DNA of 64,000 nt from an uncultured Rivularia sp. (GTDB taxonomy: Bacteria > Cyanobacteriota > Cyanobacteriia > Cyanobacteriales > Nostocaceae). The DNA lies in the NCBI GenBank assembly GCA_963665115.1, contig OY762007.1, positions 8,544,001-8,608,000 of the forward strand. Direction: 5' to 3'. Under the pieces are notes generated by a model that had not been told where the DNA came from, made no database searches, and saw nothing but the letters and a program-made list of their open reading frames with translations. Both the position numbers and the translations under genes were made by a program. Below, one piece after another: positions 51,801 through 62,000 of this stretch (positions within the stretch are counted from its first letter, which is position 1; each line of letters opens with the position of its first letter).

Positions 51801-52294
51801 TCCAGCAAAAGCTGAGAGAAAAGCCTTACAATGTTTTTCACTTCATCGGACATGGTGAATTTGAAGATAACAAAGGTAATATCATTCTGGTAGATGAAGA
51901 AGGTAGAGCGAAATATATGAATGATGAAACATTCGCCAACTTCTTTTTAGGCAATAGCAACATTGGGTTAGTGATTCTCAATTCCTGTAAAGGTGCGACA
52001 GTATCTTCCAATCAAGCTATGAGGGGTACAGCACCCAACTTAGTGCGTCGTGGAATCCCCGCAGTAGTAGCGATGCAATATTCCATTCTTGATACCACAG
52101 CGAAACTTTTCGCTGACGAGTTTTACCGTACTCTAGCACTAGGTTATCCGGTTGATGCAGCGATTCAAACTACTCGTAATGCTATTTCTATGGAAACGGG
52201 ATTAGATAAGCGCGATTTTGCGACACCAGTACTTTATATGCGAGCTAAGGGACGGAATAATTTTAGATGGATTGCACAAATAATAAGAATATAA
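48890..52294 (+). CDS. LRR-Roc-COR (Roco) GTPase with C-terminal CHAT caspase-like domain
   Basis: ~9 LRRs; GEGEAGKT, WDFGGQ; COR (LHDLGVCLHF, ILKPEW, FMPKGII); CHAT (PWEFL, HFIGHG, LNSC, VVAMQ); probable extra G at 52249-52251 alters last residues. Confidence 0.9.
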   Translation: MTEEELLQVIERAATEGATELDLSSNVLTALPAEIVQLTNLQTLYLYNNQLSSLPAEIVQLTNLRTLHLDSNQLSSLPAEIVQLTNLQSLDLRSNKLSSLPAEIVQLTNLQSLNLTFNQLCSFPGEIVQLTNLQTLDLSGNQLSSLPAEFGQLTNLLLLHLSGNQLSSLPAEFGQLTNLLLLYLSGNQLSSLPAEFGQLTNLQTLDLSSNQLSILPETIKRLTKLEKLDLRRNPLPIPPEILGSKNTWKDLGDVSEILDFYFRVQDPSETEPLYEAKLLIVGEGEAGKTSLAKKIEDENYQLKGDEKSTEGIDVIQWKFPLPNGKEFCVNIWDFGGQEIYHQTHQFFLSKRSFYVLVADNRRENPNFYWWLKVVELLSDNSPVLIIKNEKKDRQCEVNERQLRGEFLNLKEVLVTNLDTNRGLAEIKKNIQNYISNLDHVGDASPLPTIWVRVRAALDNDSRNYISREEYYQLCRINNLTDSKDMLRLSSFLHDLGVCLHFQDDSTLKHCIILKPEWATTAVYKVLDNKTVIKNLGCFTQEQLADIWKDSEYSDMQDELLQLMMRFKLCYPIPNDSGKYISPQLLDINEPKYTWDKSNNLILRYKYDFMPKGIITRFIVETHPWIEQQTLVWRSGVVLNKDESRAEVIENYNQKEIKVRVSGNRKKELLAVVTHELDKIHGSFERLQYQTLVPCNCSECVESENPYTYALENLRRRLERRRNEIECDRSFENVNIRRLIDDVNLPLQQENRDSVVKESPLQEELESDRKQSFNQNQTKMNYQDFQILVDKNKNIRASSSQGEVSGELSLDMSRTKHTLKLIEHQVKDAELLKGLGNELYQALFPNQINARFHATMAEAKAKKDSVRLRLIFESPEVASIPWEFLYDEGNNTFLGNNTETVLSRYIDIPLQKRDIKAASLPLKVLLVISAPSNLSKLDVSGEEKLIQEALKKHIEKGKIELDVLKTATRRDIQQKLREKPYNVFHFIGHGEFEDNKGNIILVDEEGRAKYMNDETFANFFLGNSNIGLVILNSCKGATVSSNQAMRGTAPNLVRRGIPAVVAMQYSILDTTAKLFADEFYRTLALGYPVDAAIQTTRNAISMETGLDKRDFATPVLYMRAKGRNNFRWIAQIIRI
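48980..49540 (+). repeat. 69-bp tandem DNA repeat encoding the 23-aa LRRs
   Basis: CAGAAATTGTCCAACTCACCAATTTGC...AATCAACTGAGTAGTTTACCAG repeated ~8 times. Confidence 0.9.
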
Positions 52295-52378
52295 GTGAAA
52301 TAAGGCTACAAAATACCGTTGCTAACCCCTCTCCTTGACAAGGAGAGGGGATGGGGTGAGGTTTCATGTTTATCTTAA

Positions 52379-53020
52379 TTACCCAAACGGTTGTCCCCAG
52401 ATTCCCCAATTCTCTTTATTAAATGGACTACGCCACTTCAAAATCAAACTCAATTCTAAATCTTGCCTAATTTCTCTAAGTTGCGGCGTATCCCACCAAA
52501 ACCCAACTTTTATAGTAGTTGGTAGTTTATAGCGCTGGTTTAAGTCTTGATAAGCAGCAATGCAATCTTTACAATCATGTTTCTGCTTCCAACGCTTATT
52601 AGAACGTAGCATTTCGTCTACATATAAAATTAGCTGTGCTGTTGAATCGATTATAAAATACAAGCAGGTTTTACCGGGGTAATCGCTAGATATCCGATAA
52701 AATGCTATTGATTGCAGATGAAGAGTTAGCGGCTCAATTTTATCGGGATCGTAATGGTTTGGTGGTAGCTCAAACAACTCTGCTTGCTGGGCTGGCGGGG
52801 TTTCGCGTACTTTCTGTTGATAGTTGATTATCTGCAATTTCCACCGCTGTAGCTCTTGGGCGCTCATCACAAAGTCATTGCGGCGCTTGGTTTTGAACTT
52901 TTTGCCGGGAAACATTTCAAGTTGTCCCGGTGGTGGCGGTGGAGGTGGATATGCAAATAGTTCCAGTTGTTTCGGCTCAACTGGTGTGTCTTTAAATAAG
53001 TCAAGTTGGTTTGACTCCAT
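52379..53020 (-). CDS. Cyanobacterial hypothetical protein, GIY-YIG-like
   Basis: CLYFIID...ILYV, RWKQKHDCK, LILKWRSPFNKE. Confidence 0.65.
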   Translation of the reverse strand: MESNQLDLFKDTPVEPKQLELFAYPPPPPPPGQLEMFPGKKFKTKRRNDFVMSAQELQRWKLQIINYQQKVRETPPAQQAELFELPPNHYDPDKIEPLTLHLQSIAFYRISSDYPGKTCLYFIIDSTAQLILYVDEMLRSNKRWKQKHDCKDCIAAYQDLNQRYKLPTTIKVGFWWDTPQLREIRQDLELSLILKWRSPFNKENWGIWGQPFG

Positions 53021-53173
53021 CCATATATCCCAAACGCATTTGTTGATAATATCCGCTGGTAGAGAAATGAGCCAAAAAATATTAGTGATTTTTATTTAAC
53101 TTACTTACTTAGCACTGCGGTGAATCTTATGCTAGTTTTTCATTACAGCACTAATCCATTTGGAGCTACTTAA

Positions 53174-53815
53174 ATGATTTTAAATAAAATTAAAGGCTTG
53201 TGGATGATTACTACTGCTTTTATTCCGATTGTTTGGATAGTGATTTTTCTGAATATAATTTTTGATATAAATCATCTAGCCAATAGTTCTATAAATACAG
53301 TTAACAGCACTTTTTCAGGAATGACGGCTACATTTGATAGTTCTGCCAATTCTCTAAATAATTCTATGGAGCCAATTCGTAATTTGGAAAAGTCTTTATC
53401 TGAAGTTTCCCAGAGAGTTAATAGTATTCCGGTAAATATTCAAACACCTGACATTAACTTTCCCGATACAAGATTACCTTTTGAATTACCTACTATTCCT
53501 AGTTTCGATATTTTAATACCCGGACTAAAAGATGTAAAAAATATATTAACTAAAAACTTTGATATATTGGATAAATTTAACGAACTAATTGGCAGCATCT
53601 CCAATTTTGAGCAAAACCAAGCATATTATCAAGAAATTATTTTAAGCGTACAAGAATCAATTAAAGAAGTGCAAATAATTGCTTTCAAAATCATTGTTTT
53701 AGTTGTTATCGGAGCAATAATTACTATTCCCTTCTTGATTCGACTATTAATTACCCCTTATATTCGATGGACGCATAATAGGATTACAACAGGATGGAAG
53801 TTAATTCGTAATTAA
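53174..53815 (+). CDS. Hypothetical two-TM membrane protein
   Basis: 213-aa ORF, hydrophobic helices at both ends. Confidence 0.65.
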   Translation: MILNKIKGLWMITTAFIPIVWIVIFLNIIFDINHLANSSINTVNSTFSGMTATFDSSANSLNNSMEPIRNLEKSLSEVSQRVNSIPVNIQTPDINFPDTRLPFELPTIPSFDILIPGLKDVKNILTKNFDILDKFNELIGSISNFEQNQAYYQEIILSVQESIKEVQIIAFKIIVLVVIGAIITIPFLIRLLITPYIRWTHNRITTGWKLIRN

Positions 53816-53894
53816 GGTTAAAGGTTAAAGGTTAGATTGTTATAACTCATAACTCATCACTCATAACTCATCACTCCCAACTCCTAACTCCTAA

Positions 53895-54662
53895 CTACAT
53901 AACGGGTTCTCCATCGAGAAATGTGAGCAACTCTCCCGGCTGAATTTGCGTCCAAACTTCGTTATCTGTCAGGGGTGTAGTTGCGATGACAGCAACTCTA
54001 TCGTTAGGACGAGTTAATTCGTTAAAATCTACCGTCACATCTTCATCGATTAAATGAGCAGCAGCAAAAGGTGCTTTGCGGACAATGTAACAAAGTTTGG
54101 TTGAACCGTGAGCAAAAAAGTGTTCGCCATCAGTTAATAAATAATTAAATATACCGTACTTAGCAATTCTGTCAGTGATTCTTCTCAGAATCGGGAGTAA
54201 TGCTTCTAAAGGTGGTTTCACCATCGGAAACTGCTGTCTCAAACTTTCTAAAATCAAGCAGAAAGCCTTTTCACTATCGGTAGTTCCTACAGGTTCGTAA
54301 AAATCCATAAATGGCAAATCAAAATCTTTCAAATCGCCATTATGAGCAAAAACCCAATGTCTACCCCATAATTCCCTACGGAAAGGATGACAGTTTTCTA
54401 AAACAATTTCACCTTGGGTTGCTTTACGAATGTGCGCGATCGCATGAGTCGAATGAATAGGATAGCGTCTGACAAAATCCGCAATCTGAGAATTAACGGA
54501 AGATTTAGCATCCATAAAAATCCGACAACCCTTTCCCTCAAAGAAAGCTATGCCCCAACCATCCTTATGATCGTCAGTTTTACCTCCCCTAGCTGAAAAG
54601 CCTTCAAAGGAAAAGCAAATATCAGTAGGTACATTGCAATTCATTCCCAGGAGTTGACACAT
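53895..54662 (-). CDS. Class II glutamine amidotransferase (YafJ-like)
   Basis: N-terminal MCQLLG, HKDGWG, AHIRKAT, NCHPF, AHNG, GTTDSE. Confidence 0.9.
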   Translation of the reverse strand: MCQLLGMNCNVPTDICFSFEGFSARGGKTDDHKDGWGIAFFEGKGCRIFMDAKSSVNSQIADFVRRYPIHSTHAIAHIRKATQGEIVLENCHPFRRELWGRHWVFAHNGDLKDFDLPFMDFYEPVGTTDSEKAFCLILESLRQQFPMVKPPLEALLPILRRITDRIAKYGIFNYLLTDGEHFFAHGSTKLCYIVRKAPFAAAHLIDEDVTVDFNELTRPNDRVAVIATTPLTDNEVWTQIQPGELLTFLDGEPVM

Positions 54663-54817
54663 TTTTCAGTTACTCAATTAACAATTATCAATTATCAATT
54701 ATCAGTCAACAGTTAACAGTTAGCAGTTAACAGTTATCAGTTAACAGTTAGGAATGATTTGACAAGGTAGTTGAGGATTAATACAATACATTTGTTCTAT
54801 GTCTAGGATTAGCGGTT

Positions 54818-55237
54818 ATGGCAGCTGAATCAGTTCCTAACAATTATGAGATGAAATCTTTTGATATACAAGCTGCGCTAAAATCCTTGGGAAAACTCTC
54901 TGTTAACGAAGAAACTACAAATGATGAAGCTAGCGCGGCAATGAAAATTCTCAGCAGCTTTAATCAATGCATGGTTGGTATGGCAAGTTTTTCGGGTTTA
55001 ACACCTTGGGAGCGTCATCAAGACGATGAGCTGCTTCAAATTGTCGAAGGTGAAGTAGATGTTACTATTTTGGCTGAAGACGAAGTTCGCAAAATAACCC
55101 TTTATCCAGGTTCTGTATTTATAGTTCCACAAGGCTTATGGCACAATCAATCATCAACCCAAGGAGTAAAACTGATTTTCATCACCTCCCAAGAAGGAAA
55201 CGAAACTTCTGAAGAAGATCCCCGCATTAGTATGTGA
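54818..55237 (+). CDS. Cupin domain protein
   Basis: WERHQDDELL..VEG; PGSVFIVPQGLWH. Confidence 0.85.
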   Translation: MAAESVPNNYEMKSFDIQAALKSLGKLSVNEETTNDEASAAMKILSSFNQCMVGMASFSGLTPWERHQDDELLQIVEGEVDVTILAEDEVRKITLYPGSVFIVPQGLWHNQSSTQGVKLIFITSQEGNETSEEDPRISM

Positions 55238-55324
55238 TTTTGGATTTTAGATTTTAAAAGTGGGTACGTTGGTTTTAGTATTACCCATTACCCAATCCCC
55301 AATCCCCAATTCCCTAATTGAATA

Positions 55325-55946
55325 ATGATTGACGAAGGTTATACCAAATATCAGTGCAACTGGATTAATTCAGAGCCAGTAAGTTTCGATGAGATTGCAC
55401 AATTAAACCAATGGCGAAATCAACTTTATGAATTGGGTTTAATCGGTGAATATGATAATGGTATTGGTTTTGGGAATATCAGTATACGTTATTCTCAACC
55501 AGGGCAATTTATCATTTCTGGTACGCAAACTGGTAATTTATCGACTTTGAAGGAGCATCATTATACAACAGTTACTAATTTTGATTTAGAGCGCAACTTT
55601 TTAACTTGTTGCGGCCCCAATTCAGGCTTCTTCTGAATCTTTAACTCACGCTACCTTATATCAAGCAAACCCTACAGTTAATGCTGTTATTCACGTTCAT
55701 AATTTGGAACTGTGGCAGAAATTAATGTATAAAGTTCCGACAACTGAAGCAGAAATTTCCTATGGAACACCAGAAATGGCAAAGGAAATTCTCAGATTAT
55801 TCCGAGAAGATAATTTGATGAAGACAAAAATTTTAGTTATGTCTGGGCATGAAGAAGGTATTATTTGCTTTGGAAAAAACTTACAAGAAGCAGGAAATAT
55901 ACTTTTAGATAGATACAATCAGTTGATTATTACAAAACCAATGTAA
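55325..55946 (+). CDS. Class II aldolase/adducin family protein, frameshifted at CCCC 55615-55618
   Basis: GFGNIS...ISGTQTG; corrected CGPIQASSESLTHATLY...AVIHVH; YGTPEMA, GHEEG. Confidence 0.85.
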
Positions 55947-56189
55947 ATGTATCCCAAATTACATAATTTAGCACATAGTTAAACAATATTTTCCGGACAA
56001 ATAATATTTTCTTTAATCAATTTAAAGAAATAATTAATAGTTTGAATTTTAAAGGATTGAAACAACGCCTGTATATAAACTGTATCTCCCTGAAAATAGC
56101 TGTAGCAAGGGTTTGAAAAAGCGAGCATCTATTAAAAAAGTAGTTTAATATGGCATAAAAGAGCATTCATATTTCTTAACAAAAAAACA

Positions 56190-56966
56190 ATGCTTAATCC
56201 AGCTTTATGTCATCGCCCTGTTAGCCAGTGGCTTGAAATTAAGTCAGCGATCGCCCATTGGCTAATGACTCCAATTTTAGTAGTATTACCACTGCTATTT
56301 TTGATTTTCCTACCTTGGATTGTTCCCCGATTCCGTTGGAAACGTTTATGGAGTGGGTTTGGAACTTTATTATTAGTAACTTATTTTAGCGCTCAATTTC
56401 CTTTAACTACAGCCGTTGCAAATAAAGGTTTAGTTGCATTTGTTCCTCCAGATAGAGGTCAAACAGCAGATGCTATTGTTGTTTTAGGACGTGGAGGAGC
56501 TTTTAGAGATTCCAGAGTTAAGGTTGCTGCAAATCTTTGGGAATCGCAAAGAGCGCCTTTAATTTTCGCCAGCGGCTCTGGTGATGGAACCGAAATAGTT
56601 AATAAATTAGAAAACATTGGTATTCCCTCACAGGCTCTTGAGGAAGAACATTGTTCTCAAACAACTAAAGAAAACGCCTTATTTACCGCCTCGGTGCTAC
56701 AACCTCAAGGAATAAAGAAAATTATCCTAGTCACAGATCCTCCTCATATGTTGCGATCGCTCTTAACATTTCGCAACGTCGGGTTTGAAGTGATTCCCCA
56801 TAAAAGCCCCGTTCCCCATTTAACACAAACTAGAAAAGCAATGATGATGTTGTATGAGTATATGGGCTTAGTCAAATATGGTTTGAAAGGAGAATTTGTT
56901 CCTCAAAACATGGCTAAACAAGAGCAACCGCAAATTATAGGTCAAAGGTTAAAGGTTAGAGGTTAA
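56190..56966 (+). CDS. YdcF/DUF218 (ElyC-like) protein
   Basis: AIVVLGRG, SQTTKENA, LVTDPPHMLRS. Confidence 0.85.
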   Translation: MLNPALCHRPVSQWLEIKSAIAHWLMTPILVVLPLLFLIFLPWIVPRFRWKRLWSGFGTLLLVTYFSAQFPLTTAVANKGLVAFVPPDRGQTADAIVVLGRGGAFRDSRVKVAANLWESQRAPLIFASGSGDGTEIVNKLENIGIPSQALEEEHCSQTTKENALFTASVLQPQGIKKIILVTDPPHMLRSLLTFRNVGFEVIPHKSPVPHLTQTRKAMMMLYEYMGLVKYGLKGEFVPQNMAKQEQPQIIGQRLKVRG

Positions 56967-57190
56967 AGGTTAAAGGTTAATTAATTCTAAAGCTTGAAGT
57001 TAACAATTAAATAAAATATTACTTATTAAGGGTGCAATCTTTGGCAGCACCCTTATTTTTGTGAATAAATTAACTCCCAATTTTCAATTCCCAATCCCCA
57101 ATGCCCAATCCCCTATTCCCAAATTCCAAAAGATGCTATTGTATTTGATTGTCCACACTTTAGTACAATAGAACTATTTAACTCAGGTAT

Positions 57191-58640
57191 ATGTCGGATT
57201 TAATTTTGTTTTGGCATCGTCGCGATTTACGGATTTCTGATAATACTGGAATAGCGGCTGCATTAGAAAAAACTGGTAAGGTGGTGGGTGTTTTCTGTCT
57301 CGATCCTAATATTCTCAAAGGGGATGATGTTGCGGCGGTTAGGGTAACATATATGATTGGCTGTTTGCAGAAGCTTCAAGAAAGATACGCGCAAATGGGT
57401 AGCCAATTATTGATACTTTGGGATAATCCAGTGAAAGCAATTCCTAAATTGGCAGGTGCTTTACAGGCTAAGGCTGTATTTTGGAATTGGGATGTGGAAC
57501 CATATTCTCAACAGCGAGATGCAGACGTTATCGATGCGCTTCAAGAACAAAGTATTGAATATTTGGAAAAGAATTGGGATCAATTATTAAAAACACCAGA
57601 AGAAATACGCACGGGTTCTAATACTCCTTACACAGTTTATACTCCTTTCTGGAAAAATTGGATTAGTAAACCGAAAGATTCTCCTGTAGAAATAGCCGAT
57701 CGATTCGAGGGTTTGACGGCAGAAGAGAAAGAAACAGCGATTAAAGCGGGAGCAGTTGAATTACCAACAGCGAAGGATTTAGGATTTAACTGGGATGAAG
57801 AATTAATTATTGAACCTGGGGAAGAAGCAGCGCTGCTGAGGTTAGAAGAATTTTGTTATAGCAATATTAATGAGTATCAAGAACAAAGAAACTTTCCGGC
57901 AATTGATGGTACATCAAGATTAAGTGCAGCTTTAAAATTTGGTGTAATAGGAATTCGTACAGTTTGGCAAGCCACTGAAGACGCTTTAGAAAATAGCCGC
58001 AGCGACGAGTTAGAAAATAATATTCGTACTTGGCAAAAAGAAATCGCATGGCGAGAATTTTATCAACACGCAATGTATAATTTTCCGGAATTAGCATCGG
58101 GTGCTTATCGTGATGCTTTCAAAAACTTTCCTTGGCAAGATAACGATGAACATTTTCAAGCTTGGTGTGAAGGAAAAACCGGATATCCGATTGTTGATGC
58201 AGCCATGCGGCAATTAAATCAAATGGGCTGGATGCATAATCGCTGTCGGATGATTGTTGCAAGTTTTTTGACGAAAGATTTACTATTAAATCCCCAATTA
58301 GGCGAAAAATACTTTATGCAAAGACTAATTGATGGGGATTTATCTTCTAATAATGGTGGTTGGCAATGGAGCGCTTCCAGTGGAATGGACCCCCAAACCA
58401 GTAAGAATTTTCAACCCTGCATCTCAAGCCCAAAAATTTGATTGTGAAGGTGAATATATTCGGCAATGGGTGCCAGAATTAAGTTCAATGGATGCCGAGT
58501 ATTTAGTAACAGGAAAAATTACACCTTTAGAACGTCAAGCTGTTGGTTATCCCGAACCAATTGTAGAACATAAAAAGCAGCAGAAAATGTTTAAGGAGAT
58601 GTATAAGAATGAGAAACAGAAAATTGAAACATTAGGGTAA
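57191..58640 (+). CDS. phrA: Class I CPD DNA photolyase, frameshifted at C5 58390-58394
   Basis: [44 protein letters not shown]; second frame [17 protein letters not shown]. Confidence 0.9.
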
Positions 58641-58675
58641 ACATAATTAAGGCATCTGTACCTTCATTGTGCCAG

Positions 58676-58771
58676 AGCTTAATTTTCCCCCTTCCCTGCG
58701 AGGGAAGGGGGGTAGGGGGGTTAGGTGTTTGCGTAAATTTGAAACCATATAATGTTTTCCGGAGATGTCTA
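58676..58771 (-). mobile_element. Truncated inverted copy of the 47260 MITE
   Basis: Reverse complement TAGACATCTCCGGAAAACATT...ATGGTTTCAA...CCTAACCCCC...GGGAAGGGGGAAAATTAAGC. Confidence 0.75.
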
Positions 58772-59093
58772 TTAGGTTTACTGACTCCTATCGCGTTAGG
58801 TAGTATTTCGATTCTGAAACGCAGTAAAAAGCAACAACCATAAAGTTTTCCGCTTTTTTTAAGGTGATTTTTTTGACTTACTCAAAATACAAGTATAAAA
58901 ACTCTGCGTTCCGCCGCGCTTACCTTTTTATTCCTTTGCGTTAAATACATTGATTCTTGTGTCCTAATTCTACGTTTAATTACTACTAAGCATAAATATT
59001 TGATTCAACCCGCGAAGTGTCATAAACAACTCACACCAAGATATATATCTAAGGAATGATGTATATATTGTGTTCTACAGGGTGAGTTACATT

Positions 59094-62000
59094 ATGTCAT
59101 CCAAATCTAATCGCCCGCTTAATTTTGAAGTCAGGCTTCCTTCCGAACATCCCGAGTTGTTGCAAGGGTTTGATGAATGGTTGCGCTTAAATTTGATATC
59201 TGATAGTCAAGTTAAGCAGATATGCCAACAACATCTAGTTTGTCAGGTAGTTTTACAGCCTCAAACTGTACCTATAAGGCAAGCCCAGACGGTTGCAGCC
59301 GCACCTCGTATTGCGGAAAAACCACCAAGTACTGCTACGCCTAACTTACTCAGTACCATGTGGCGATCGCTGCGGGAAGAATTCAGCGTTCGTTGGCTGC
59401 TCTTTTTGGGAATGTTTACTGTAGTAGTTTCTTCTGGTGCGCTTGCTGCAAGTCAATGGGAAAGATTTACGGCTCTTTTTCAATACGGGATTTTATTTGC
59501 TTATACCGTATTGTTCTTTGGGCTGAGTTTCTGGACTGGTATACAAGCAAATTTACGGTTGACGAGTGGCGCTTTGCATATTGTCACAATGCTACTCATT
59601 CCAATCAACTTTTGGGCAATGGATAGTTTTGGTTTGTGGCAGAATCCGATAAACTTGGTTTTAACTGGTATTGCTTCAATTATTTTGACGAGAATAACTG
59701 CATTACTCTCCAAGCAGTCAATATTTGCCGGAAGTGTTCCAGTTAGTAAATTATCTCTTATAAATATTCTCGGATTAAGTTACCTGCATTGGGGTTGGAA
59801 GTTTTCCGGATTCCCTTTAATTGCAGTTTATTTAGCTTTTATAGGAACAACTATAATTACCGTTTTTCAAAATCTTCAATCTGCTAGGAAAGAGGGGGAA
59901 GAGGGGGGAGAAGGGGTAGAAGGGGTAGAAAAAAACAAATCTCAATTTTCTTGGGGTAAAAATGTACCTGCTGCCGTAATTATTTACTCCTCGATAATCT
60001 TGTTAATAAGAGCAATTATTGGTGCTGGAATAAACGTTGCTCAATTAGGTTTAGCTATTGGCATTTGCGGATGGTTAATAGCTTGGTTAGCCCAGCGCGA
60101 AGATAAAGAGAAAAGAAGACAACGAGACAAAAAAACTTCTACCCCCTCTACCCCCTCTCCCTCTCTCCCCACCTTCCCTTCCCAAGCAATCGGCAGCATC
60201 TTATTATTCCTCGGTTGGTTTGTAACAGTTTGGAGTAACCCTTTACAAGCTTTTGCTGTCAGCGGTTTGAGTTTGTGGTTTTTCCACAGTCGCTTGCATT
60301 TATACGGTTTAAAGAGAGATTTAACCGCTTTCTTCGTGATTGGCTTGCAGTCAATGAGCTTGGGTTGGCGATTATTACCCTATGCATTTCACTCTTCGAT
60401 CATTACAACTGCTGCTCAACTTACTAATTCTCAAGATAATCCTTGGGCATTATTGAGCGTCGGGTTATTTCCCTACATCATATTTATGGTAGCGTTTACA
60501 GATAATTTGAGACGCAAAGCACAACCCGTAAGGCTTTCCCGTAACCAGCAAAGTAATTTTAAACCCAGCGAGCAAAACACATTTGATAAATCCAGCGAGC
60601 AAAGTAATTTTAAATCCAGCGAGCAAGATGTTTGTCCTTCGGACACGCTACGCGAACGCACTACAAATAAACTTGATTTAGCAAGCTTTGGCGAAATATT
60701 AACGTTAATCTTAGGAATTGCTTTAACCGCAATAGCATTAGAAAACCCTGCATTACGTTCCCTAAACTTACTTTTATCTACCATCACACTCTTTATCGTC
60801 ACCCACCAAAAATTCAATCAAATAATTTCTCCCCCCTCTCCCCCCTCTCCCCCCTCTTTCTCCTCCCTTTATCCCCTCACCTACCTAACTCACATCACCG
60901 CAATACTCACCCTTTTCTCCTGGATAAATTTATTCTTCCCCAGTCTTTCACCACAAGTTTGGGCGGTTGTTTGTTTGGTTGTGATGGTAGCAGAGTGGTT
61001 ATTTAGCGTTGGTGAGACTACTCGCGTGGGGTCGTCTCCCTCCGTTGAGCGAAGTGGCAAACCCGAAGGGTGATGGAGTTTGGCGACGTAGTGCATGGCA
61101 CATGGGTTTGGCACTTGCGGGTTTGAGTTATTTGCTGTTGTTGACGAATCTAGAATCAACTTGGAATGGTATTTATATAAGTCAATCAAGTTGGGGATTG
61201 ACTTGGTTAGTTACACCTTTAACGCTGACGATTATTGCTAGTCGCAACAGGGAAGGAAAAGAGAATAAGCAAAAAATTAGTGTTTTAGTGGTCATATTGG
61301 CTCAATTTTTAGCTTTAACTCTACCTGGCACGAGATTAATCGGTTTAGCTGTTGGTACGGCGGTGATGTTTGTGAATACAAGATACCTAAAAGATCGAAA
61401 ATATGCGGTAATTACGGTAGGTTTTGGTTTAAGTTTGATCGCTGCTGCGGTATGGGAAAGTGTTTCTTTATCCTATGCAGGTTGGTTTGTATTAACTGCG
61501 ATTATTATTCTGTGTTTGTGGTTAATTCGCAAATTGTTGCAGCGAGGAAATGAATTAGCAAGTATATATGCAGTCGCTACAGATTTTTGGGCAAGTACGC
61601 TTTGCGGTATCGAGTTATTACTGTTAAGCATTCATGCAATATCGATTTACTTGTTTGCGGAATCTAATATCTTATTGTGTGCAATTTCCGCTGTTATTAT
61701 TTTAGTAGCTTTATCTTTTCGCCATTTTTACGAATTCACAAACTGGACGTTTTACGGTATTGGGTGGAGCGTAGAATTACTAGAATTGTACCTGATTGAA
61801 ATATTGGAATTTGGTGTTTATGAAGTTACTAATGATGGCTCACCCCAACTTATTTATCTTGCGATCGCGAATATTTGTTTAGGTTTAATTACGCAATTAA
61901 TCGGTGAATGGTTGCAAAGTAAGCACTATTCTGGAAAACTTCCCAACCGCTGGCATATTCTACCATTGTTATATGCGGGTTTCGGGGTATTACTGCGTTG

